Source: an uncultured Rivularia sp. (GTDB lineage: Bacteria > Cyanobacteriota > Cyanobacteriia > Cyanobacteriales > Nostocaceae). From it: a stretch of DNA of 64,000 nt. This document shows positions 1 to 10,639 of this stretch, in pieces. The number at the start of each line of letters is the position of its first letter. Position 1 is the stretch's first letter. The notes beneath the pieces were generated by a model. It had not been told where the DNA came from. It worked only from the letters and a program-made list of their open reading frames with translations, and ran no database searches. Where the stretch lies: NCBI GenBank assembly GCA_963665115.1, contig OY762007.1, positions 192,001 to 256,000 of the forward strand, read 5' to 3'. The position numbers and the translations under genes are program-made.

Positions 1-1
1 T

Positions 2-781
2 TTTATGGTTCCGGAAACCTCGGAGTTAGCTTTAAATCATCCTCAATGGTTGACGCAAAAACGCGATGGAAGTCGAACTTCTAATAGTGCTGCGGGTGAA
101 GTTGCATGGTTAAATCCTTTCCATCCCCAGGTACAGCAGTTTATTCAAAATCTGGTTTTGGAAGTTGTCAATAAATATGATATTGATGGCATCCAATTTG
201 ATGACCATATGAGTTTACCTCGCGACTTCGGTTATGATAAATACACCGTCGCTTTGTACACTCAAGAAACCGAAAATCCACCACCAGCGAATTCAGCAGA
301 TGAAGCATGGGTAAAATGGCGTGCTGATAAAATTACGATGTTTATGGCACAGCTTAATCAAGCGGTAAAAGCCAGAAAACCTTATGCAATTTTCTCTGTA
401 TCTCCTAATTACTACAACCACGCTTATAAATTACAGTTGCAAGATTGGCTCAACTGGGTACGTTTGAGTATTGTAGATGAATTGGTGATGCAGGTTTATA
501 GCAACGATTTAGCAAGGTTTAACCGTAAAATCAACCGTCCAGAAATTATCGAAACAAAACAATATATACCTACTGGCATCGGTATTATGGCGGGTTTGCG
601 AAATCGTCCGGTTTCAATGCGACAAATTCAATCTCAAGTAAGAGCAGCAAATAAACAGGGTTTGGGTGTAACTTTCTTTTATTATGAAAGTCTATGGAAT
701 TACGCTCAAGAAAGTGTTGAGTTAAGACAAGCTGGATTCAAAACTTTATTTCCACGTTTTGCTCGTCGTTCGAGAATTTAA
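2..781 (+). CDS. GHL10/DUF187 (YddW/DigH-like) glycoside hydrolase, 5'-truncated by window edge
   Basis: Motifs WLNPFHPQVQ, YDIDGIQFDDH, LQDWLNW, VDELVMQVY, GVTFFYYE; frame open to window start; paralog of 1585-2778. Confidence 0.85.
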   Translation, partial: FMVPETSELALNHPQWLTQKRDGSRTSNSAAGEVAWLNPFHPQVQQFIQNLVLEVVNKYDIDGIQFDDHMSLPRDFGYDKYTVALYTQETENPPPANSADEAWVKWRADKITMFMAQLNQAVKARKPYAIFSVSPNYYNHAYKLQLQDWLNWVRLSIVDELVMQVYSNDLARFNRKINRPEIIETKQYIPTGIGIMAGLRNRPVSMRQIQSQVRAANKQGLGVTFFYYESLWNYAQESVELRQAGFKTLFPRFARRSRI

Positions 782-817
782 TGATAGGATTCTCTAGAAT
801 AATTGGCGATAACTAAT

Positions 818-847
818 AAACCCGGTTTTTTCAAAAAACCGGGTTTT
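818..847. repeat. AAACCCGGTTT...AAACCGGGTTT palindrome between convergent genes (likely bidirectional terminator; related copies at ~34513-34578 and ~54667-54700)
   Basis: Perfect inverted repeat read directly; family recurs in the window. Confidence 0.6.
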
Positions 848-856
848 TAAATATTA

Positions 857-1171
857 CTAATTACCTATTTCCTGATTCTCTTCTTCACGAAACAATTCCA
901 TCAATCCAATCGTGCCAACAAAAAAAGTATAGACGCTGTATTTATACCAAACTTTATCTTTAGAACCTGCTTTGAAAGCTGCTATTATTGCCTCTACAAG
1001 ATGTGCCGCAACAGCTACACGTTCAATCCAAAAAATTGTTTTAATACTCGAAGGTATAATTAAATTGTTTTGTATCGCGTAAATATTCCATAACTCCAAC
1101 AAGATAGCACCCGTCATTAGAACTGTGGAAATAATTTTGATCGCAAATAGATTTTTTTTCATTAGTATCAT
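857..1171 (-). CDS. small hypothetical membrane protein
   Basis: 104 aa ORF with three hydrophobic segments. Confidence 0.6.
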   Translation of the reverse strand: MILMKKNLFAIKIISTVLMTGAILLELWNIYAIQNNLIIPSSIKTIFWIERVAVAAHLVEAIIAAFKAGSKDKVWYKYSVYTFFVGTIGLMELFREEENQEIGN

Positions 1172-1230
1172 CAGGTTTGTAGTAATGGCTCAAGCCCTTT
1201 TGTAAAGACTAAAGTCCTTACTACAAACTT
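1172..1230. repeat. GTTYGTAGT...ACTACRAAC small dispersed palindromic repeat (copies ~14684-14743, ~16336-16401, ~25741-25811, ~35418-35475)
   Basis: Shared terminal inverted repeat with internal GGGCTnnAGCCC / GGACTAAAGTCC hairpins. Confidence 0.7.
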
Positions 1231-1584
1231 AAATGAAAATTAAGCAAAGTTGATATTACTACTACTTAATTGCAGCTTTTGCTTTCTCCAATCAAATATA
1301 CAGCTAATTAGGGATTTAAGTCAGTTTTTCCAAATTCAGCAAAATTAAAGTATGTAAAGTTTAGTAAATTAATTAGCGCTTTATGTTAAGAAATTTTTTG
1401 CTGTATATGTATTGCGATGAAATTACTCTTCATCCCAACTTGAAGTAATATCACTGAGATAAAATATTATTCTGCTGTATAAAATACGAAAAGCGTTTAA
1501 CAAAAATTACTTTAGAACTAAGTTAGCAGGGAATGTACTACCACAAATAAATTCTAAATTTAAATAGATATAAATACTTGTGGT

Positions 1585-2778
1585 ATGGCTAATAAACTAT
1601 TTTATACAAAAGTCAAATTTACAACAAAAAAATTTATACCATTACTCTTTTTACTGTCGCTTATTTTCTCTTTGTTGTTAAATAATTTCGCTCCTGTGAC
1701 AGCACAACAACCCCGTGAGGAGATTCGAGGGGTTTGGATGACTAGTAATGATTTTAATATTCTCAAGTCTCGTACAAAAGTAAACGATGCTGTAAGTTTA
1801 TTGCGACGCATGAATTTTAATACTATTTATCCTGTAGTTTGGAATTCTGGCTATACAAAGTTTCCATCTCGCGCCGCAAAGAGAGCCGGTATTCCTTTCT
1901 TTTATAGAGGTGAGGAAGGGCATGATGTTTTAGCAGACTTAATTTATCAAGCACATCGACAACATTTGCTGGTAATTCCTTGGTTTGAGTTTGGTTTCAT
2001 GGTTCCTCAAAGTTCGGAATTAGCCTTGAATCATCCTGAGTGGTTAACCCAAAAACAGGATGGAAGCCAAACTACAGTTGGGGTTGCTGGTGAAAATGCC
2101 TGGTTAAATCCATTTCATCCACAGGTACAAAAGTTTATTTCTGAATTAGTTACAGAGGTAGTTACTCAATATAATGCCGATGGAATCCAGTTTGATGACC
2201 ATATGAGTTTACCCCGCGAGTTTGGTTACGACAAATATACCGTCGCTTTGTACCAGCAAGAAACCGGCAATAATCCTCCCAATAATTCTGAAGATGCAGA
2301 TTGGGTTAGATGGAGAGCAGATAAAATTACTGAATTTATGGTGCAACTCAACCATACTGTAAAAGCCAAAAACCCGGAAGTGATTTTTTCAGTTTCCCCC
2401 AATTACTACGATTTCGCTTACAAATTGCATTTACAAGACTGGCTTAAATGGGTAAGAGAAGATATTGTCGATGAGTTAATCGTGCAAATTTACCGTAACG
2501 ATTTGCAATCATTCATTGCGAATATCAGCCGCGAAGAAATGCGAGAAACTCAGGAAAAGATTCCCACAGCTGTAGGAGTTATGGCAGGATTGCGAAATAA
2601 ACCCGTTTCCATGCAGCAAATTCAATCTCAAGTTAGAGCATCTCGACAACGCGGTTTGGGAGTATCTTTCTTTTATTATGAAAGTTTATGGAATCGCAGC
2701 CAAGAATCAAAACAGCAGCGGAAAGCTGGGTTTCAAGCAATGTTTCCCGCACCTGCTTTTCGCTCGGCGATGAGATAA
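1585..2778 (+). CDS. GHL10/DUF187 family glycoside hydrolase, secreted
   Basis: N-terminal signal; EIRGVW, NTIYPVVWNSG, IPWFEFG, DGIQFDDH motifs. Confidence 0.88.
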   Translation: MANKLFYTKVKFTTKKFIPLLFLLSLIFSLLLNNFAPVTAQQPREEIRGVWMTSNDFNILKSRTKVNDAVSLLRRMNFNTIYPVVWNSGYTKFPSRAAKRAGIPFFYRGEEGHDVLADLIYQAHRQHLLVIPWFEFGFMVPQSSELALNHPEWLTQKQDGSQTTVGVAGENAWLNPFHPQVQKFISELVTEVVTQYNADGIQFDDHMSLPREFGYDKYTVALYQQETGNNPPNNSEDADWVRWRADKITEFMVQLNHTVKAKNPEVIFSVSPNYYDFAYKLHLQDWLKWVREDIVDELIVQIYRNDLQSFIANISREEMRETQEKIPTAVGVMAGLRNKPVSMQQIQSQVRASRQRGLGVSFFYYESLWNRSQESKQQRKAGFQAMFPAPAFRSAMR

Positions 2779-2804
2779 ATTCAATTTTAGATTGCTTTGT
2801 TAAA

Positions 2805-2858
2805 TACCCTCACTCTGTAAGAGTGGGGCTATACAAACAAAACCCACCTGCGTGGGCT
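2805..2858. repeat. GGGGCTATACAAACAAA..CCCACCTGCGTGGGCT dispersed repeat family (copies ~44357-44410, ~46603-46730, ~49560-49672)
   Basis: Near-identical double-hairpin segments at four intergenic sites. Confidence 0.7.
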
Positions 2859-3059
2859 ATATATAATAATGAAAAATATTCGATAATAATTTTTAGTGCG
2901 TTTTAACGTACTTTGTTTATTAGCCTGGGAATTGATTCCAAGGCGATTATGGAAGCTTGTTGAGATTGCTGCAATATTTTATTTTCAGTGGATTCAAGAA
3001 ATAATATAATAAGTCATACTTTAAAATATCAAATTATTTAATTAAAATTTATCAATAAG

Positions 3060-4695
3060 TTGCAAAACATCAGGATGCTACCCCTTCACCCGATTTCAGA
3101 TTTCATCGACACTAATTCTAAAATTAATAATCAAAATCCTACTTATTACTATCAAGGCTATTCTAATGGCGAATTATTACAACTTCCGCGCACTCCAGAA
3201 GCAGAATTAATCGCTTGTAGTTTAATGCAACAACTTGCTAATAATGAAATGTATTCCCGTGAAGGTAAAATGTACGGGATTTTATTAGTAGAATTAGCAA
3301 ATGGCGAAAAAGGAATACTCAAAGCTTTTTCGGGATTGCTGAATGGTAAGAGTATTATTGAAGGTTGGGTACCACCGATTCCCGGTAGAGAAGAAGTTGT
3401 ATTAGAAGAAACTCGCACTTTAGCAGAATTGGAAGCTATTAAACAAGAAATTATTCAGCTTAGACAATTAACCCAAAGAAAACAATATGAAACTGTAGCG
3501 TCAGAATTTGAACAACGCTTGCGAGAAATGGGTAAATTTCATCAAGTTAGCAAACAACAACGCGATGAAAAACGCCAGTTATTTGACAAAAATCTAACGG
3601 AAGAAGAATTAAATATAGAGTTAGAAAAACTTAAAGAAGAAAGTCGTCAGCAAGGAATTGAGCGAAAGTTACTCAAACGACAGCGCGATGAGGTATTACA
3701 ACCGCTTCAACAAGTAATTGATCGTGCAGATACACGGATTCGAGAATTAAAGCAGCAGCGCAAACAAATATCCCGCAAACTGCAAGCGCAGATGCATGAG
3801 GCTTATTCGGTAATGAATTTTCTGGGCAATTCATCGAGTTTGCAGCAATTAATGCCCCAATTACCCACAGGTACGGGCGATTGTTGTGCGCCGAAATTAC
3901 TTCATTATGCTGCGATTAATAAATGGAAACCCTTGGCGATCGCCGAATTTTGGTGGGGAGAATCAACTCAAGATAAGATACCCGGAGAATTCTACGGTGC
4001 TTGTGTCGAGCGCTGTCAGCCGTTGATGGGTTTTTTATTATCGGGTATTAATTTAAGCCCAATTCCGATTATTTATCAAGATGAATGGTTGATTGCAGTG
4101 AATAAACCATCCGGTTTGCTATCAGTACCGGGAAGATATCATCATAATCAAGATAGCGTTGTCAGTCGCTTAAATAGTTTATTACTATTACCTGATGGCG
4201 AAAAGATCGCAGCGGTACATCGATTAGATATGGATACTTCTGGTATTTTACTATTAGCAAAAGATAAAGAAGTTTATCGTTTATTAAGCAAGCAGTTTGA
4301 ACAAAGGCAGGTTAGCAAAAATTATGAAGCAATACTTTCAGGTAATCTAATTGCTAACAAAGGAACGATTGAACTACCACTATGGGGAAATCCCGAAAAT
4401 CGTCCTTATCAAGAAGTGAATTACCAATATGGTAAGCCTTGTATAACTAAATTTAAAGTTTTAAATCAAGAAGGAAATTACACTCGCATTGAGTTTATTC
4501 CTTTGACGGGAAGAACTCATCAATTAAGAATTCATGCTGCTGATACCAATGGTTTGGGTATACCTATTTTAGGAGATAAACTTTACGGATGCGATTTAGT
4601 TGCAAGTCGGCTGCATCTTCACGCCAGAGAAACTTTCATTTGAGCATCCGTATTTGAAAGAAAAGATATCTTTGAAAGTAGAAGTGCCGTTTTAA
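3060..4695 (+). CDS. rluA: RluA-family pseudouridine synthase with N-terminal coiled-coil extension; +1 frameshift near 4630
   Basis: NKPSGLLSVPG, HRLDMDTSG, TGRTHQLRIH, ILGDKLYG, LHLHA; removing one A at ~4630 restores the C-terminus ELSFEHPYLKEKISLKVEVPF, stop at 4695. Confidence 0.85.
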
Positions 4696-4731
4696 ATTTA
4701 TAGTAATACTTTTCATTCATTTTAATGGGTT

Positions 4732-4757
4732 GTAGAGACGTAGCACTGCTACGTCTC
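4732..4757. repeat. GTAGAGACGTAGCAnTGCTACGTCTC REP-like palindrome (copies ~8946, 11437, 44218, 47488, 47589, 56004, 59478)
   Basis: At least 8 intergenic copies read directly. Confidence 0.8.
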
Positions 4758-4973
4758 CCGACGTTTCCCGCAAAAACGAACCCGTCAAATTTAATGTAAT
4801 GGATTAGTGGTACTCCACCAAATTAATTATGAGGGGTAACACATTTGTAGTGGGAGCGTCTCGCTCCCTGTTGGAAGCTAGCGAGCAAGATGCTCGCACT
4901 CCCCGATACCCAGTTATCTCCAGAAAGCGATAAACCCTCGTGTAAAAATATTAATTAAGTTACTTTCAATCCC

Positions 4974-6260
4974 CTATACCCAATTCCCCAAAACAATCGC
5001 CATTAAAGCAATACCAATCGTAATTACCAACATAAACTTACCACCAGGAACGAGCGATTGATTCAATTCCTCGTATTTATCCCGCTGTTTCCAAGCCATC
5101 ACCGCAGGAATCACGCCTCCCAAAATTGAGACGCTGAAGGTGCCAGCATAATCCAAAGCTGTAAAAAATATGTTGGGATTAATTGCAGAAAAACCCATTG
5201 GCGGAAATAAAATTAGCGAAATTAACGGTAAGCTAACCGTAGGTGTATCCGCAAACAAGTTCATATCTTTGAATAAATCCCGCAAACCGTAGAAAAATCC
5301 GATGAAAGATGTTGCGATCGCAAACTCGGAAAACACGGTAACTAAAATCCCCAACCATTGCCCAGCATCACCAGCACGCAATACTTCTAAGGGATCGAAA
5401 ACACTGCTATTACCGGAAATATTCTCTAACATTGTCGGAGTTACGCTTCCCAAAATCACCGCATTCCACAACAAAAACATTGTTAACGGAATTGCCGATC
5501 CTACAACGATGGATTGACGAACTTTTGGCGCATCTCCTTCCAACTGGGTGGCAACCACTGGCACAATATTATGAAAAAACAGCGCCACTAACATTACTGA
5601 TAACGCAGGAGGTAACGCACTCCAATTTTGAGATAGTAAAGAAGTTGGATGTACCTGCCTTGCAGCTAACAGTAACAATCCTACAAACGAAACTATCACC
5701 GTTCCCACAAAAAAGCTATTTAATTTTTCAATAAATCGATCTTTTCCCAGATATAAAATAACGCCAAATATCAAAGCAAACCCAGTACTTCCCATCCATG
5801 CTGGTAAATCAGGTATGTCCCATATTTTTCCCACCGCAGAGATTAAAATTTCCCCGCCTTGAGAAACATAAGCTATCAACAAAGCATAATGATAAAACAG
5901 GTAAGCCGCACCCGCAGCTTTTGCTCCTACTCCACCCAGAGTGTTTTCCACCATTGCCAAAAAACCGTTGTTAGCGCCCGCGCTATGACGCATACCGTTT
6001 AATGTTACCTCTGCAATCAGCAACGCCGACACTACAGCAAACAACCAAACCCCGATTAATAAAGCCGTAGAAGGTACAACACCAGAAGGCAAAGTCACCG
6101 CAGGTAAAGCCAGAATCCCCGCACCAACAGTAGTTCCAGCAATCAATGCGGTACTTCCAATAACGCTACCAGGTTTGTGAATTAATTGATTTTGCTCCAA
6201 AGTAAGATTAGAAAACAACCGAGTAGTTGAGGGGATATCTGACTTGTCAATTGTCTTCAT
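4974..6260 (-). CDS. tyrP: aromatic amino acid (TyrP/Mtr-type) permease
   Basis: GSTALIAGTTVGAGILALP, FAIATSFIGF motifs; about 11 TM segments. Confidence 0.8.
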   Translation of the reverse strand: MKTIDKSDIPSTTRLFSNLTLEQNQLIHKPGSVIGSTALIAGTTVGAGILALPAVTLPSGVVPSTALLIGVWLFAVVSALLIAEVTLNGMRHSAGANNGFLAMVENTLGGVGAKAAGAAYLFYHYALLIAYVSQGGEILISAVGKIWDIPDLPAWMGSTGFALIFGVILYLGKDRFIEKLNSFFVGTVIVSFVGLLLLAARQVHPTSLLSQNWSALPPALSVMLVALFFHNIVPVVATQLEGDAPKVRQSIVVGSAIPLTMFLLWNAVILGSVTPTMLENISGNSSVFDPLEVLRAGDAGQWLGILVTVFSEFAIATSFIGFFYGLRDLFKDMNLFADTPTVSLPLISLILFPPMGFSAINPNIFFTALDYAGTFSVSILGGVIPAVMAWKQRDKYEELNQSLVPGGKFMLVITIGIALMAIVLGNWV

Positions 6261-6360
6261 AAAAATAAATATAAAGTTATGTTAAATATTTTAGCGAAAT
6301 GTAGAGGATGGCTTCAAGCTGAGATTACCTCACCCCTATCCCCTCTCCTTAGAAGGGTAC

Positions 6361-6460
6361 TTTTGTAGGGTGTGTTACGGCACAAATAATCTATCTTAAG
6401 AAATTACCATTTAGCGAAGCCGTAACGCACCATTTGTTTTTAATACAATTACCAATTACC
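6361..6460 (+). repeat. ~100-bp GTAG-initiated stem-loop repeat (GGTGTGTTACGGC...GCCGTAACGCACC), copy 1
   Basis: Direct repeat with 7130-7229 and 8409-8467. Confidence 0.8.
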
Positions 6461-6483
6461 CATTCCCTATTACCTACCAATAT

Positions 6484-7116
6484 ATGTACGGTGCAAATCC
6501 AAACGAAAAACATCCGATGAAGGGATTTCCGCAAATCTGTTTTATCAAAAATACAGTATCAAATCCAAATATAATTATTGGTGACTATACTTATTACGAT
6601 GACTTAGAAGATTCCGAGAATTTCGAGCGTAATGTTCTCTATCACTTCCCTTTTATTGGCGATAAATTAATCATCGGTAAATTTTGCGCTTTAGCTACAG
6701 GTGTAAAGTTTATTATGAATGGCGCAAATCATAAAATATTGGGTTTTTCTACTTATCCTTTTCAAATATTTGGTAATGGGTGGGAAAAAGTAACACCGCA
6801 GCCGGGGGAGCTTCCTAATAAAGGCGATACTGTAATTGGTAACGATGTGTGGATAGGTTATGAAGCGGTAATTATGCCGGGAGTTAAAATTGGTGACGGA
6901 GCAATTATTGCATCAAAATCTGTTGTTACTAAAGACGTTTTGCCGTATAGCGTAGTAGGTGGAAATCCGGCGAAAGAAATTAAAAAACGCTTTGCTGATG
7001 ATGTTATTGAAAAGTTGTTAGAAATTGCCTGGTGGAATTGGGATATAGAGAAAATTACCCGTAATTTAGACAAAATTGTTGGCGGTGATATTGAAGCTTT
7101 GAAAGGTTGTAATTGA
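6484..7116 (+). CDS. vat: Vat/CatB-family xenobiotic O-acetyltransferase (streptogramin A acetyltransferase-like)
   Basis: [42 protein letters not shown] hexapeptide repeats, IAWWNW. Confidence 0.85.
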   Translation: MYGANPNEKHPMKGFPQICFIKNTVSNPNIIIGDYTYYDDLEDSENFERNVLYHFPFIGDKLIIGKFCALATGVKFIMNGANHKILGFSTYPFQIFGNGWEKVTPQPGELPNKGDTVIGNDVWIGYEAVIMPGVKIGDGAIIASKSVVTKDVLPYSVVGGNPAKEIKKRFADDVIEKLLEIAWWNWDIEKITRNLDKIVGGDIEALKGCN

Positions 7117-7129
7117 ATATATTTTTTAT

Positions 7130-7229
7130 TTTTGTAGGGTGTGTTACGGCACAAAGAATGTATTTTAATAAATTACAATTTAGCGAAGCCGTAACGCACC
7201 ATTAATTTGAAAATACATTACCAATTACC
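7130..7229 (+). repeat. ~100-bp GTAG-initiated stem-loop repeat, copy 2
   Basis: Near-identical arms to 6361-6460. Confidence 0.8.
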
Positions 7230-7231
7230 AA

Positions 7232-8224
7232 TTACCAATTACCAATTACCACTGAATCTTTTTTATTTTTAGAAATATCTAGAAAAGAACATTTTTCTAA
7301 AGGAGAATCAAATAAATGTAGATCGAATTGATCGGATAATTCTTCAAATACTTTAATACCTCTAACGCTGTTACCTCTTTTATCAATTAAAGGAGAGAAA
7401 ACAGCAATACCGGCTTTATCTGGAATTACACCAATTATTCCTCCTGAAACTCCACTTTTTGCCGGAATTCCGACTCGATAAGCCCATTCGCCAGCATAGT
7501 TATACATTCCACAGGTATGCATGACGCTTAAAATATCTCTGACATAACAGGATTTTACCGCCTGTTTATTTGTGATTGGATTAACACCTCTATTTGCCAA
7601 AGTTGCAGCCATCACTGCTAAATCGTGACAGTTAACAACCAAAGCACACTGTTGAAAATAAAGGTCTAAAATTTCGTCAATGTTGTTATCAATTATGCCA
7701 AAATTAAGCAGTAGATTCGCTAAAGCGCGATTGCGATGCCCGGTAGCTCTTTCCGACATAAATACAGGAGCATCAATAAATACATCGTGTCCGATATAGC
7801 GGCGGAACATATCCAAAAGCCGATTCAGCTTGTCAGTACCATTTGAGCCTTTGATTAAACCAGCAGTGGCGATCGCTCCAGCATTAACCATCGGATTATC
7901 AGGGCGTTTAGAATTTTCATCCAAGCGAATTACCGAATTGAAAGGATCTCCGGTAGGCTCTACACCAATTTTTTCTAAAAGCGTTTCGCGATTTTGGTCT
8001 TCCAAAGCCATGCCATAGACAAAAACCTTAGATATAGATTGAATAGTAAAATGGTTTTGGTTATCTCCGACTTCAAAAATTTCCCCTTCCTTAGTAACAA
8101 TAGAAATTGCAAACCAATTTGGATCGGCTTTAGTTAATTCGGGAATATAGCTAGCTAAAGAGCCATCATCGAGAGCGCGATATTTTTCATAAAGAGATTT
8201 AATAAATTCTGGCAAGTCAGACAT
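7232..8224 (-). CDS. glsA: glutaminase A
   Basis: [46 protein letters not shown]; start moved to ATG 8224 (MSDLP) because the upstream ORF extension is repeat DNA. Confidence 0.92.
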   Translation of the reverse strand: MSDLPEFIKSLYEKYRALDDGSLASYIPELTKADPNWFAISIVTKEGEIFEVGDNQNHFTIQSISKVFVYGMALEDQNRETLLEKIGVEPTGDPFNSVIRLDENSKRPDNPMVNAGAIATAGLIKGSNGTDKLNRLLDMFRRYIGHDVFIDAPVFMSERATGHRNRALANLLLNFGIIDNNIDEILDLYFQQCALVVNCHDLAVMAATLANRGVNPITNKQAVKSCYVRDILSVMHTCGMYNYAGEWAYRVGIPAKSGVSGGIIGVIPDKAGIAVFSPLIDKRGNSVRGIKVFEELSDQFDLHLFDSPLEKCSFLDISKNKKDSVVIGNW

Positions 8225-8408
8225 TTTATACTTTAATGATTTTGTTTGGCTGACTTTTATCTTGGCATAAAACGAACTCGTTATTAGGTCAAAGGTATTA
8301 TATTTCTTTGTAGGGGAGGCAAATTGGGAGGGGGACACTGCGTTGCGGGGGTTCCCCCCGTTGTAGCAAGTGTCCGGGTGTAGATTCTCTTCCCCCAATA
8401 TTGCCGTT

Positions 8409-8600
8409 GTGTTACGGCACGAATAATATACCTTGAAAAATTATAATTTAGCGAAGCCGTAACGCACTATTTATTTTAATGATGACTAATTAATAAAAAA
8501 TAATCTTTCATTTTCACCATAGATAATGTTGGGTTACGGTACGAATTTAATTTGTAATTATCTATCAAATTTATTTTTTGCACCTAACCCAACCTACGAA
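8409..8600. repeat. third copy of the stem-loop repeat (8409-8467) plus an inverted related element (8528-8600)
   Basis: GTGTTACGGC...GCCGTAACGCAC; GTTGGGTTA...TAACCCAACCTAC. Confidence 0.7.
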
Positions 8601-8608
8601 TATAAAAA

Positions 8609-8920
8609 TCAACTACTAACTATAAACTCAAATGGTTTGCCAGGTTTCTTCGGTTCCCATCCTGCTTTAATTGCTTGATGTATCCATGATGCAACTTCCG
8701 AAGGTACAACTGGCTTAACTTCAATTGTAGCCCAATCTTTGGAATGTGCTTTATCAGTCATGATTACTAATTTTGAAGCAGATTCTTCAGCGTGTTCGAC
8801 TGCAACATTTAAACCAATCCCGTAACCAGTTTGAGAATAAGTCGCTTTTCTTCTAATCAACCAGATGAAATTTTCTCCATCTACGGTTATTTTTCTCGCG
8901 CCTTTTTTTGGTATTCCCAT
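8609..8920 (-). CDS. hypothetical protein, 103 aa, downstream of the slipin gene
   Basis: Clean ORF with AGAG upstream; motifs KGARKITVDG, W, AVE, AIKAGWEPKKPGKPF. Confidence 0.7.
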   Translation of the reverse strand: MGIPKKGARKITVDGENFIWLIRRKATYSQTGYGIGLNVAVEHAEESASKLVIMTDKAHSKDWATIEVKPVVPSEVASWIHQAIKAGWEPKKPGKPFEFIVSS

Positions 8921-8985
8921 AGTTATTATTTCTCTATTAATTGATGGAGACGTAGCACTGCTACGTCTCTACATTTTGTTTACAA

Positions 8986-10581
8986 CTAACTCCGATTAAT
9001 CTGAATCAAATCTGTCAAAATACTATCTAAACTGCCGTTAACTTGAATTCTTTCAATTTTTTCGGAAATCCTTTCTAATACTTCTAACTCTTTCAATCTC
9101 AAAGCAACGGGGTTATCTTCCATTACTCTGGCTGTATTCAACATACTGCGAGTTGCAGCAGTCTCTTCTCTCCGCCGTACTACATTGGCTTGGGCTGATT
9201 TCTCGGCTTCTACAACTTTGCTCAAAATAGTTTTGATTTCCCCAGGTAGAATAATGTCTTTGACTCCTACCGAATCAATTTCTATTCCGTATTCTGCTGC
9301 TTTGGGACGAATATATTCGGCAATACTAATATCAATTGCTCCTTTATCTTCTAATAGTTCATCTAAAGTTTTTTCACCTACGGCAGCACGTAAAGCAAAC
9401 TGCAATTCTTTGTACAAATAACCAATGAAATCTGACAATCCATTTTTTGCTCTCAATGCATCTTGAATCCGGAAACCAGCAGTTAAGTTCAAACGCAGAG
9501 GTACTTTATCTTTCGATAAAATATCTTGTCCGGAAACCTCCATGTTTTGCAAGCGCAAGTCAATCACTTCACTTTGGAAAGAACGTCCAAACACCCACCA
9601 TGCATGAATTCCCGATTCTAGTTGTGCTTGAAATTCTTGGTTTACATACAGCAAACCGATGTGTTGAGCGGGTACTTGGCAAACGTGCAAAGAATAACGA
9701 CTCAAGCTTACGGTTTCTGGTAAACCCGATATTAATTCAGCTACCTTGGCGGGTGACAATTTAGCATCATTACTAATATCGATAATTTCGACATCAACAC
9801 CCTGCCAAAACAACTTGCGGCTAGTAGGAGGTAATATCGAAATTACTTTACCTTGATACCTCACAATTGCAGTTTGTTGAGTAAGGGTTTGTGCTGTCTC
9901 GCAGTAAGCTGCAACAAATTCAGGATGTCTCTCAATCAAGACTTCTTCAAGGGGAAAGTTTGGATTATGCACCAGACGACTCATTGCATAATAGGTAATT
10001 TCTTTATCTATTGCCCAAAAAGCATATTCTCCAGGCTCAAGAGGACGCACAAAGTTATTTTCAACGTACAATAAACCGATTTCATATTCTTTAACTAAGA
10101 TTTTCTTTAATCCACTAAAATTAAATCCACGCAGTTGCTGCACGAATTGAGTGGGCAATTCTAAACTTTCTTCTAAGTTAAAGATATGCGATTCTACTTC
10201 AATAAAACCACGCCAAAATGCTCGGAGTTGATTTGGTAAAACGTTTATCCATCGCTGCCCCAATCGTACTAAAGCAGCTTGATTAAAATTGGTACGTACT
10301 ATTAATAGATGTTCTTCTAATTCTGCTGCATTATCTCTTAATAATAATTCGAGGTTTTCAATATTGGCTTCCGGCTGTTTTAAATCAAAGGTTTCAACTC
10401 GCCAATATCTACCGAAATAAGTATAGGTTCCAGAAGTTAGAATCTTCTTAAAATCGCTGCGGTTATACAAAATCCCGATTTCACCGGGTTTAATATAGAA
10501 AGTTTTCCACATAGGTATTTTTATAGATAGTTGAGGTAATTTAGGCAATCGCAATCGAGAGAAAAATCTTGATAGAAACAT
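8986..10581 (-). CDS. slipin-family SPFH/band-7 protein with multiple N-terminal repeats (alternative start ATG 10512)
   Basis: SPFH core DLRLQNMEVSGQDILSKDKVPLRLN, LRAAVGEKTLDELL, VGVKDIILPGE; coiled coil RREETAATRSMLNTARVMEDNPVALRLKELE. Confidence 0.88.
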   Translation of the reverse strand: MFLSRFFSRLRLPKLPQLSIKIPMWKTFYIKPGEIGILYNRSDFKKILTSGTYTYFGRYWRVETFDLKQPEANIENLELLLRDNAAELEEHLLIVRTNFNQAALVRLGQRWINVLPNQLRAFWRGFIEVESHIFNLEESLELPTQFVQQLRGFNFSGLKKILVKEYEIGLLYVENNFVRPLEPGEYAFWAIDKEITYYAMSRLVHNPNFPLEEVLIERHPEFVAAYCETAQTLTQQTAIVRYQGKVISILPPTSRKLFWQGVDVEIIDISNDAKLSPAKVAELISGLPETVSLSRYSLHVCQVPAQHIGLLYVNQEFQAQLESGIHAWWVFGRSFQSEVIDLRLQNMEVSGQDILSKDKVPLRLNLTAGFRIQDALRAKNGLSDFIGYLYKELQFALRAAVGEKTLDELLEDKGAIDISIAEYIRPKAAEYGIEIDSVGVKDIILPGEIKTILSKVVEAEKSAQANVVRRREETAATRSMLNTARVMEDNPVALRLKELEVLERISEKIERIQVNGSLDSILTDLIQINRS

Positions 10582-10639
10582 TTATAGGAAGAAAGGGAAT
10601 GGGTAATTGGTAATAGGTAATTGTTTTTAATTATTTGAG

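Noticed and set aside
8225..8398. N-terminal extension of glsA in the ORF track
   Set aside because: Translates a palindromic repeat; glutaminase similarity starts at ATG 8224
6361..8467. Direct repeats as a CRISPR array
   Set aside because: Units are ~100 bp, separated by whole genes; no cas genes or uniform spacers
8980..8988. Slipin gene ends in TAG, so the linked CUA tRNA might drive read-through into a fusion
   Set aside because: Next codons are TTG TAA; read-through would add only two residues
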